In this document: positions 49,801 through 61,800 of the stretch, piece after piece
Position numbering within the stretch: position 1 is the first letter of the stretch
Layout: each line of letters opens with the position of its first letter
Assembly: GCA_943704425.1 (NCBI GenBank)
Contig: CALSCP010002679.1
Location: 1 to 64,000 of the forward strand
Length of the DNA: 64,000 nt
DNA from: Ministeria vibrans ATCC 50519
Taxonomy: Eukaryota; Protista; Filasterea
Direction: 5' to 3'
Notes under the pieces: generated by a model
What the model saw: only the letters and a program-made list of their open reading frames with translations
Database searches by the model: none
Told to the model about the DNA's origin: nothing
Translations under genes and position numbers: made by a program

Positions 49801-52800
49801 ACAGGCCAAGCCAGCAGCGCGCTTTGCCATTCACCTCCGGACGCGCCTTGCAATTCGTGTCCTCTGCACACACAGCCCCATGGGGCAAATCACCCATGCC
49901 TGTAAACTCACAAGCGCCACTGGCGAGCACAGGAATTGAGGGCAAGCGACACGACTGTACGCACACTCCGTTGACACAGTCGGCACCGCCACCCTTGAGC
50001 GGCAGGCACTGACCAGCTGTTGCACATGCGTGTCCCGCAGGAATGTCCCCTGCGCCCACGTAGCTGCACTTGTCACCAACAACCGTTGCACCAGTATGTT
50101 CGCACTCGTGCACGCACACGTTGGCCTTGCAAAGGGTGACAAATGTTGCCTTGGTTTGGCACTGTGCAGCGTACGTGCAGCCCATGCCGGCCGGCACATC
50201 GCTGTCTCCCCTGTAAACACACTTACCAGTGTGTAGCGTGTCCCCAGCACACCCGCTTGGCGCAAACGACGCAACACGAGCATCCAGATGCACACCAGCA
50301 CGCGCGTGCATATATCCTATGCTAGGCGACACACATTCCTCAACGCAGCGAAGCTCTTTGGACGGGTCGCTGTTGCACAGCTTCACAGCTTTGCAGGTCG
50401 CACCAGGCGCACAGTCGAATGGACTCGCACACGGGAAGCCGCGCAGTACGTCCTTGCTGCCCTGGAACATGCACTTGCCCTGAGCCTTGGTCGACTCGTA
50501 CGCCGGAATAAAACACTTTTCAATGCACCGACCCGCCACACAAGTCGCGCGGCTCTGCGACTGGCCCCGACACGGAATGGCCGAGTTGCAACCTGTGTTG
50601 CCGTAGTTCACAGCACACTTACCGTCCGTCTTGCCGTGCGGTACGTCACAGTGCTGCGACGCACAATGCACGTCCAGCTTGCAATGGTGTCCGTTGGGCG
50701 CATTGCCCGCCCCATACTTGCAGTATCCACGCTCGTCGCGCGTGTCTCCGTTGGTCGGACACACCTGCGCACAGATGCGCTCGTCGAGCAAATCCGAACG
50801 TCCCTGACCCTTGCCGTATCCTTCGCCGGTACACGTGCTGCCGACGGGACAGTACGTGAGAGGCACATTGGCCGACGCGCGACAGACACCACCAATGCGA
50901 CCCACCGTCGAAGGTGTCGTCGACACCATGCGCCCCGCCACGAGCGATGCGCTCAGAGGGTTGGCGTACAGCAATGCTGCCGTCGTGTACATGCGTGCGG
51001 GCGTGGCAGCCAGTTTGATCGCTGTCAGAGAGTCGCTAAAATCGTAGACCACCTCACCACTTGAGACACCGTCCACAAAGAACTCAACAGTGGCCGCTTC
51101 GGCGCGCACCACCACGGCGACATGCTGCCAGCTCAGCTTGCCCTCCTGACTCGGCACACGCAACACCACAGTGCGCTCGCTGCTGAGTGTTTTGACAAGT
51201 TGCTCGCAGTACCGCTGGCGCATCTGCACCACCACACGGCCGTCGCAGGTCACAGCGAGTGCCACAGCACCCACCGCAAACGAAGTCTGCTCGCAGTTTT
51301 GCGTCTTGGCGGCGTTCGCACGCACCAAAGGTGACGTGTCTGCCTCCTTCACCGCCGTGTTCATGGCTTGCCACGCCGGACTCGCCGCAAGCACTGTACG
51401 CACACCTGTGCCACTGCATGTGCCCTCGTTGGCGAGCAGACGCACCCATGCCATAAGCGTGATACCTCGATCAAACAGGTTGGGGACATCACTGCCACTG
51501 AGCACTCGCTGGTTGTGGGTCGTCGACGACGCCACCGCCTTGAGATATTCAAAGCCGCCCTCGACAAAGCCGCGCGTGCCAAGTTGTCCCGTCGACAGGG
51601 TCAATGTCAGTTGGGGTGCCGTCGCACTGCCTCCCTCGCGCATCTTCACCGTGTTCGAAGCGACACCCGTGCTGCGCAGACGGACCGTCAAGAAGCGCTT
51701 TTTTGCCACAAGAGCCGCATTCACCACACTCTTCAGGTTGCATGCACCCTTGGCATCCAGCGAACACGCAACCGTGCCCTTGCTTGCCTCCGCCGGACCC
51801 GACTTTGTTGCTTCCGCAGTTCGCCAGTCCTCATACGCCTGCTGCGCATCGAGCGACAAAACTTCAACAGTCGTCGAGCCGCCCTGCACCGTCAAAATCG
51901 CGTCGACAAGTCGATCAGCACGACCCACTGCAGGTGTCAGCTCAAACATCACAAGGGCACTGTTGTCTCCTGCGAGTGTTGCCGTGGCTGTCTCGCCCGA
52001 CCAGGCTGCATCACGCAGTCCGTCCGCCACCGCCGCAAGCACCGACACCTTGTCGCCGTTCACTTCGCGCACCGTCCACGTAAAGTCGTCTGTGGGATCC
52101 TCCGAACCCTCTGCCGACACCATGGGGTTCCACCCACACGTCCAGTCGTTCTGTCCCTCAATGGTGAACGTCAATGGACGACTCGATGTACTGTGGATGC
52201 GCAGGCCAGTGACGCGCGTGGTCGCCGCAAAGCGAACTGTCAGCGTTGCAAACTCGCACGCGCTCGTTGCTTTGCCATCAGTAAGCGCACTCTTACAGTC
52301 GCCGCTGCCAATGGCTGTCATGTTGGTGCCAAGCACACTGTGGATTTGGACACCCGCTGGTTGGTCGCCGCGTAAAAATTCAAGCTCAAGGATGTGTGCG
52401 ACGTCCTCAGTGACCACAGTGTGGCTCGAACCGTTCTGCGAACGAAGCACGGTAATCCGCATGGCATCCACATAGTTGAGCGCCGGATGCTCAGGCGCAC
52501 GCATTGGTACCACAGGCGCATCGCCAAGCTTGGGTTCAACCATGCCCAGCGGCACACGGTTTGCCAGAGGATCCGAGTCGTCGTGCAGCACATGCCAGCG
52601 TGGACGCACGCTGCACTTGGACGCGACACGGCCAAGAAGCTTCCAGCGCGATGACGCACTCGCCTTTACGGCAAACGCTTGCATCATCAGTGGGTTTGCA
52701 AGCGAAACACGAACTGCGTCGGTGTAACCCGTTGCTGGATAGGGCACGTAGTCGGTCGAGGACACAGTCAGGCCCCAGACAAAGTCGACGGAGCCATGTC

Positions 52801-55800
52801 CAGCGTTGCGATACACAGCAACAGTTCCCTGTATACCGGACGTGACTGCCTTCAGTGCCACCGTCGTGTAGCCGTACATGGCGCCCGTGGTCGTCTGATG
52901 GTTGTCACAATTCGACGCCAAGTCGCACTCCCACACCTCCACAGTGAGAACCGAACCGGGCGACACACTCGACGCCTGATACTTTTCGTTCCACGCAGGT
53001 GTCGCCGAATCCGTCTTGGTCGTCGACACAAACACTTCCGTGCCGTCTACCAAAAGTCGCACATACGCGTCCGCAGAAGAGCCCATTCCACGGCCGTGCA
53101 ACACCTCAACAAAAAGCGTGCCCTTCTTGTGTGCCTTAGGCGTCCACGACGTCGCAGCAGAGCCATCGCTGGCAGTCGCCTGCGACAGCGTGATGCCCGA
53201 TGCGGCATTTGCGTAGGCGGCGGCGTCAAGGCTCTTGTAGAACCAAACCTCTTGCAACGGCTCGTTGTTCAGCGCCACCAGCATGAGTTCCGAATACTCA
53301 AAGGCCGACAGACACTCACCCCACTCGCGCACCAGGCCCGTCTGCTTCATCACGCTCGTAGCACACCATTCAAAGCCACGTCCGAGCGTCGTACAGCCCG
53401 TGAAGTGGTGCGCCTCAAATACAAATGGCACACAGGCGGCTCCCCTGGTCGTGACACGGTTGGGAACCTGCTCACGTTCGCGCGCGTCTGCAAACTGCGC
53501 CTGCTTCACACGCGCCGGGTTTTTGTTGTACATTGCCTGACGCACGAGTGTGCGCCAGTATGACACACGATCGCCAAGGATGCGGTGTGGCGAGGGTCGT
53601 GTGCCATTGCCCAGTGCTGTCATGGTGACATTCACGTCCATGTACTCAATGAGGTCCGACACGACGCCAATGGACGAGCGCACCATAGCCTCATCGCATA
53701 CTGCCTTCTCTGCATCCCAGGATTCGTCACAGTCCATCACATCATGCACAACGTCCGTCACGGCATCTGCCAGTGCAGCCCACTTGCGCTCGCGATCCAC
53801 AACTATGTCACGAGTCAGTATGGCTGTCGACGAAAGTGCCTCTTCAATACGCTCGAGCATGCTATTGTCGCCACTACGGCGACGGGACTTGGGCAGTTGG
53901 GCGCGCAACTCGCCTCGGTGCACACGAATACTGGTGGAAATACCCTCGCGAGCCGCGTCGAAGTCACGGACATGCATCGCGGCCGCCGTCACGTACTCGC
54001 TCGCTTCGTCAAGCTTCTTCAGCTGACACACCTCGTCACATGCGCCATTTGTCGCGCCCGTGGCCACTGAGACCTCCTTTACCTTGGCCAGACCCAGCTT
54101 CACCTCGTCCATGTAGCGTGCCGAGTAGTGATCAAGCTGCTTCACGCGCTTGCTGGTGTCGTCACGATACTTCTTCAGCTTCTCGTTGAGTTTGCCCATT
54201 TCCGCCTGGCAGGTGGGACCGTAGGACGGGCACTCCGCACCAAACGCCTTAAACACGCCCGCGAGCACCTGCTTGAATGCCTCTCCAATGGCCTCGCCCA
54301 GCTTGCTAAAATCGCCGGTGCGCATAAAGTCCTCGATGCCTTTAATGAGAGCCGTTCCCGCCTTCTTGAACCCGTCCACAAGTGCTGTCACAAATTTGAC
54401 GACGGCCGCAGCGGCCGCCTCGAACGCCGCCCCAATGGCCTGCACGGCAGCCGTGGCAAATTCAGCAATGGCCTTGCCGGCCTCCTCAAAGGCCGCGCCA
54501 ACATCGTCAAAGAACTGGTCACAGTCGTCGTTTGCCTGGTCCATTGCCTTGTTAAACGCCTCGGATGCCGATTTCAGCTCGGTGCGAATGCTCGTCAAAA
54601 TCTTGCGCAGACGCGAGTCGTTCACCGTAATGTTCACCATGAATCGCGAGTCGGCCACCGAGCCGTAGTCCGCCTCAATGTCGATGAAAGCCGAGAGCAC
54701 AAAAAGGAAGGGCATGTCGTTGATTTCGATGCGCGTGCGCACCATGTCCATCGACACGATGATCTCGGTGCACATCCCCAGAAAACTGCCTGCCGCACTG
54801 ATGTTCACGCCCAACTCCTTGATGGGACTTTTGCCCTCGGCCAACGCCGACATGGACAGCACCACATTGGCAAAGAAGTAGGGGCCGTTGACATTGTCGG
54901 CGCATGAGCGCTGCAACGCCACAATGCCGCCCAGGTCAAAGGCATTCTTGAGCCAAAACTTCACCTTGAAGACAGCCGGGTCGGATGGCGGCGGCATGAT
55001 CACCACATCGGCACCCGCTTCAATTGACAGAATCTTCACATGGCCATAGAACTGGAAGCCAAACGGGATGCGACGCGTTGGCGTCTGGTGTCCAGCAGGA
55101 TTGGTTGTGAAGCTCAGACGTGGGTTGCCTTGGTCCTGACCGGCCGGCGGACGCGGGAAGCCCGACGTGAGCACATCGTCAGGCATCACGCCGCACACGT
55201 CCTTGAACGTATCGGGACTCATCGTTGCGGCAAACACCTCCTTGAGCGTCATGCCGTAGAGTGCGCCGAAGAAGTAGTTGTTCAGCGGTTCGGCCGTGGA
55301 CACTTGGAAGTCCAGACTGCCTCCAATGCATCCGGTCTTTTCCACGAGCTTGGTGATGCCGCTGACGCGCTCTGAGCAGCCTGCGGCGCCATAGCGCACG
55401 TCTGCCGCCAGTCCAAATGCCGACAGGCCAACAGGTGACGAGGGCGAAATGCCTATCATAAGACGCGCATTGCCAAAGAAGAAATGCTTGAGCCCAAACG
55501 CATTGGGCCAAATGCCAATCATGCGCGCATCCAACGTAAACTGAGTGGTACTAATGGAAATGGTCAACGAGAAGATGAGGTTGTTGACCGGCGCGCACGA
55601 GCCGCTGGCAGGCGGTCCATCAATGAGTCGGCCAATGTCAAGTGACAAACCCGCACTAAAGCCCAATTTGACTTTGGTCGGGTCGGGTGAGACCACTGCA
55701 AAGAACCCAAGTTCCTCGAGGATCACCTCGGGGCAGTTGTTGTCGTCGCGCGACAGAACGAAGCCACCGATGCTTGCACCAAACTCCACGATAGGCGACT

Positions 55801-58800
55801 CGCCCGCAGTGGGATCGCCCGGATTGATGCCAAGGTACATCATGATGAATACGTCGCCGAGATTCTCCTTGATGAAGTGGCAAATGTCACCGCAGTCGGG
55901 ACTCGACAGAGGCGGCAATGAGATGCTGAGCAAGACGGAGAAGCCCTTGGGGATACGCTTGGCATACTTGTACGCGTCAAACTTGGGTCGCACATTGGGA
56001 TTGAGTAGGAGGTCTTTCTCGTCACCCGAGTAGGTAAAGGCAATGCGAATGTCCACGTCGCGAGGAACGAACTTGTTGATGATGCTCGTGACATCCTCGC
56101 CCGAAATGGCCGACGTGACGACGCCAATGAGCTTGGCAATCTGCTTGAGCGACACCTCCACTGTCATCGCCATCGACTTGAACATGTCGAGTGCCGTCGA
56201 CCCAGCACCACGACGGCGGCCCACTCGTGTATTCGGGTCCTTTTGGAAGAGTCGCAGCTCGAGGGGACACGTAAATGACAGCCACTCGACCGTGACCGAG
56301 AGTGACACCAGTGTGTAGGACTTGCCGAAGCCAGGGTACACCTTGATTGTGGGCGCGATGAATGTGATCGAGCCAAGGATGCGCAAAAAGCCATTGAGAA
56401 ACTTACTCTCGGCCCAGCGACCTGCCGTGTAGCCGCGGAAGGGGTCCACACAGTAGTTGGGCTTGATACCGGGCGCAACGGAACCCTTGTGCGGCACGCA
56501 CCACCCAGACTCGAGCTTCTCAAGCGTTGTACAGGCACGGCACAGACCGTCAATAGTGAGGTACTGACCAGCTGGGCAGTACTTGCACGAGTGTCCATTG
56601 GATGCGGAGCCGGAAGGGCAGCGAATGCATTGGAAGGTAGCGTCTAAACGCACGTCAAATCGACGACAGCGTCCATGTTGAATGCACGAACACTTGCTCT
56701 TGATCGTATCTCCGTCGGCAATGTCGGCGTCCGCACGACGTACAAGTGCCCCAGCCTCTGCTTCGTCATCACCAACGCCACGGCGACTGGTTGGCGTTGT
56801 GATACACGCAGTCTTGTCAGCGTTGTTTGTCTTCCCGCTGCCACACTTCTCGCACGAGCGTCCCTTCAGAATGCTTCCATTCGGACACAGCTTGGCGGCA
56901 TCCTTGAAGCACTTTGGCGGGAAATCGGTCTTATCGAGACTCGCTGGCATCGAGCGAGGGCAGTCGAGCAGCTGCTTCTTACTCGTGTCGCAGTAGAAAT
57001 GATCGGGAATCACCTCGCCAGCGGCGCCCGTACATGTGCAGCCCACCTTGCTGGCATGCACAGTGGATCCGCCAATGGCAGAACATTCAAAGTCAAAGCA
57101 GCCGTCGTAGTACGAATTGAGGGCACGCGTGTCGCACGTGAGACACTGACCCTGGACACGCGAAAGGAAGAATCCCTCTGTGCACTTGATTGGCAGACAC
57201 TGGTCGCCACCGCGCGAAACAATGGTGCCCGCGGGACAGGCAACGCACGCAGTACGATCGCTGTTCACAGCCTCGCCCTTCTTGCAGGGCGTACACGCTG
57301 TCTTGGGCGTGTTAAGGATTGCGCCCGTCATGCACATTTCACACGTCGTCCCATCGAGTGAGCAGCGTGAGCATTGTGGCAGGTCGCATTCACCCGTGTT
57401 GCTTTCACAGCCTCGCTGGTCTTTGGCCACCTTTGTCTTGCCAGTGCAACTCATGCAACCCGTGCCCGCAACGTTCACCGCCATGCCTGAGGCGCATGAT
57501 AGGCACGCCTGCAATGTGGTGTCGCGGTACTTGCCGTTGGGACAACGATCGCATGCACTGTGGTCTGCCAGTGGAAACATTGGCGAAGCGCATTTGACGC
57601 ACTTGTCGCCCTGGACAGCCTTGTCGCCGGTGCACGCAACACATTCCCCGTCCGCCGTGCGCGCATTGCCCGCATCAGCGGCGCACTCTTTGATGAGACA
57701 GCGCTGGTGATCTTCGGCCGCTTTCATTCCGCTGGGACACGAAATACACTTTTTACCGTCCGCACTGACAACCAGGTCGCCGGGACAGGCCAAACACTTG
57801 CCGCTTTCGAGTTTGTGACCCGGTTGACAGCGAGTGCATGTCTTGTCGTCGCCTTCAAGGCAGTTGCTCACCGTGGCCGTCTTTTGCTTGCATCCATCAG
57901 CAAGGCGTTCCGTTGTGGCCGACGGGCAAGTGACGCAGGCAGTGCCGGCTGCGTTCACTGCCGTTGTTCCAGTGCACTCGGTACATTTGCCACTCACGAG
58001 TGCCTGGCCGGCGGGGCATCGTACACAAGCACTGCCATCTGCAGCTCGCTTCAGAGGCACCACGCATGCTTCGCAGGCAGTGCCAGCAGCATTCAGAGCG
58101 CCTTCAGCGACGCTACACGTCTTGCAGGCGATAGCCTTGCGGTACTGAGGTCGCACACACGTGATACATCCGCTTGAATCGCCCGCGGGAAACTCGCCCG
58201 CCTTGGCGTCACACTCAATGCACTTGAGACGATCCGCATCGGGCACCTTGGGCGATTTACACTTTGTGCACACTCCCTCGTTCGCGTAATGGCCCACAGT
58301 ACACAAAGCACCGAGTTCCGTCTGTTCCCGCATCACTTGGTTTGGGTGTTCCCAGTCGCATGTGCACCCAATAAGATTGCCGCCGTCGAAATCGCCATAA
58401 CACTTGGCGTCACGACCGACAAATTCGGCATTGTGGCCAAAGGCGGCGGCCATCGAACGGATGCTCATTGAAGGAAACTCGACGTAGCCAAACCAGCGCA
58501 TGTCGCCCTGCACCGCAAACTTGCTGAGTTTCGGGTCGGTGACACAGCGACTACCGTCCTTGGCCATGTCCTGACCGTCGGGACACGCTTCCGCACCGTC
58601 CGCCGTACACGTCTGTGGGTCGTCCTTTTTGCGCATCTTCAAGGGTGCCACGCACGCCGTGCACTTGTTGTCGACGACACGCTCGTTTGCCTTGCACGCC
58701 TTGCTCACAAGCTCGCACACTACCGAGCCGTCTGACTTGGTCTTGGCCACGAGATCGTTATCACATCCTACTGCGCAGATCGTTGCGTCGGCAGAGCTAC

Positions 58801-61800
58801 GCTTCTCGCCGGCGGGACATGGCGTACAGTCGGTGCCGACAATCTTCTCGTTGGCCTTGCACTGTACGCACCGATTATCCTTCTTCACTTTTCCAGAGGT
58901 CGCATCGCACGCCTCACACGACTGCCCATCGGCAGCAGGAACCTGATTTGCCGGACATGCCGCACACGCGGGGGGCGCCAGACTGGCGTCCATGAACTGA
59001 TTGCCACTGCAATCCACACATCGACCATCCACAACCTTTTTGGGACTGGCACATTCGATGCATGTCTGGCCGTTGGTTGTGTACTTTGACGAGGGGCACG
59101 ACGAGCACGTAGTGAGACCCGTCTTGGTCGCGACCTTTCCCTCGTCGCATGCAGTGCACACCGTCAGACTCGAAGCGGACGAAAAGCGTCCAATGGCGCA
59201 GTCGGTGCACTGAGTCGCGCCTGCAGCGTCGCTGTACTTGCCCGAAGGACACGTTTGACATCCCTTGCTGTCGTCTTTGGAGAAGGTGCCCAATGGACAC
59301 GCAAGACAGACCTCGCCCCGCTTTGGTCGATGGTGACCGCTGGGACATGCGTTGCATCCAGTTCCGTCCGCCTTGGCTATCTTGTTCGGCGCACATTCGG
59401 CGCACTGCTCGCCCGGCGACGGTGTGTAAGAGTTGGTGCCGCATTCACTGCATTTCTCATCACCGGGAGCGTTCTCATCACGGATCTTGCCAGCCGGACA
59501 TGTTTTGCAGGTCTTGCGATCGGCTGCCGAGTACTTCTCAGGCGCGCACACCTTGCATTCGGTGGCGCCTTCGGACGACGAGTAGAATCCAAAGTCACAC
59601 ATAACACATGAGGCCGCGGCAACGGAACCCTTTGCAGCGACTGCTTTGCCAGCCGCACACTTTTTACACACGCTCGTGCCTTCACCATCCTGGTAGTGAC
59701 CCGCCGCACAGTCGGAGCAGACACTTTGTCCGGTGGCCTTGCTGATCTTGCCCGCGGCGCAATTTGCACACTCGGAAAGACCCGATGTGGCAGTGTGAGT
59801 ACCGGCGGTGCATGGAGTGCACACAGAGCCGCCCTCAAGATTGCTAAACTTTCCAGCCGAGCATGGCTTGCAAGCAGTCGAAGCCTTTGCACCGGTGCTT
59901 GTCGAGAATTTTCCCTTCGAGCACTCATTGGCACACTCCGAGGCACCCATCGTACTGCTGTAGCGTCCACTCGTACACGCCTTGCAAGTGGATGACCCCG
60001 TTGCACTTGTCGCATCACTAAAACGACCTCCGCGGCACTGAGTGCACACGGACGAGCCCGACGACGAGTAGGTGCCCTTGCCGCAGGGTGTACAGTCGCT
60101 AGCAGCAGTTGCACCCTTGGCGTTGAGCATCTTCCCAGCTGAACACGATTTGCACGACTTACTCCCAGTTACATCGGCATACTTGCCCTCGGTGCATTCG
60201 ACACACGTCTGGAGACCTGCTTGTGACGAGAATCGTCCTGTCGCACAAGGGTCGCAGCCGTCACGAATGCCCGTCTTGCCGCGCTTGCCGGAGGGACACC
60301 GCTTGCAAGCGCCGTTCACAACGTCGTTGTACTTTCCCGCGCCACACGGCACACACGACCCACCTGCATCGTGCTGCTTGCCTGGATTGCAGTCTGTGGC
60401 ACGCGTGCCTCGGCTCAAAGCCAAACCATTCGAGTCAACGTCCATGTCGGTGTCGAAGATATCGTCGTCGTCCATGTCGTACAGCATCTCGCTCTCGGTC
60501 ACGTCGTTGCTCTCGTCCACCCTCACGTTCTCGTCCGGCTCGTAGCCCGTCTCTTCCAGCTCACCGGTGTCTGGGTTGCGGCGCACGCGTCCCAGACGCA
60601 GATCTTCGCGCTCAAGTGCGTCTGCCGGGAGATCCTCAGCGAGTCGCTTGGCCGAGTCGCGTGTGCCATCAAAGCAAGTGATAAACGGGTTGCGAGAGTC
60701 ACATACCAGGTTCTGGAACACCTGGAAGGTGTCCTTATCCATCGCGACAATGGTCTCTCGTGTGAGGCGCAAATCGTGCGCCAATACAAGCGGTCGGACT
60801 GCACTTGCGTCGACAATGTCACGACGCGTAATGCCGCGCTGCGCCTTGTACCACTCGCACTGGTCAATTTGATTAACATCATCGATAAATTCGCGTCCAA
60901 TACCCAACGCAAACTGAAGACCGGCAAAGAGAAAGCTGATGGAGGCAGTGAATTGGAAGTGGAACGGCACGGCCGGCGAGTATTCGTACTCACCGCCAAA
61001 GAAAGTGCGAGCCGCCGTCGATTTAGTGCACAGGTCGCGACCGGACGCCTTGAGGTTGCCCACGTTGTTCCAGCCAATGACAATGTCGCAGCCCATGTAC
61101 CCCTGGTAGGCGAGTCGCAGGACACCGTCTGAATCCTCAAATGTGACATCACTTCGCGTGGCAAACGCAAACTCCAAGTCAATGGTGAACGTGCTCGGTT
61201 TCCAAAAGGTTGTAAAGAAGTTCTTGATGGAATCCGCGTCACCAAGGGCACGGCGCGACATGTGGTTCGCATGTGTCTGCAGCGCGACCTCGGTGCCCGA
61301 GGTGTACGCGGCGGCGAGCACTGCAGGCTCGACGTGGTCACAGAAGAGACCGGCCCAGGGGGAGGTGCATTCACACACAAAGCCAGTGGGACTCCACAGC
61401 GAGTGAAAGCACGCACCTTTGTTTGCGCACGGTGACGAGGCGCACGTGTCAGCCAGGAGCTCGCACACGTCACCGGCAAACGCAGGTGGACATTCACAGA
61501 CGAACCCATCGGCGTTGGCATCGCAAGTGCCGTTGTGAGTGCACGGCAACGAGGCACAATGGTCAATGGTTGAAGCGCAACGCGAGCCATGAAATCCAAG
61601 GGGACACTCGCACACGAAGATGCCTTCGTCGGTGTCGTGCAAGTGACATGTGCCATTGTTGCTGCAAGGGTTCATAGGGCCACAGACACGCGCGTGTTCC
61701 GCTTCGAGCTTCTCGCGTTCGCGAAGCAGCCACGCGACAAACGACTGGCCTCGCTGTGCGGCGTCGCGCGGTTGCATTTCGTGAACATCAGTATTGTCGC

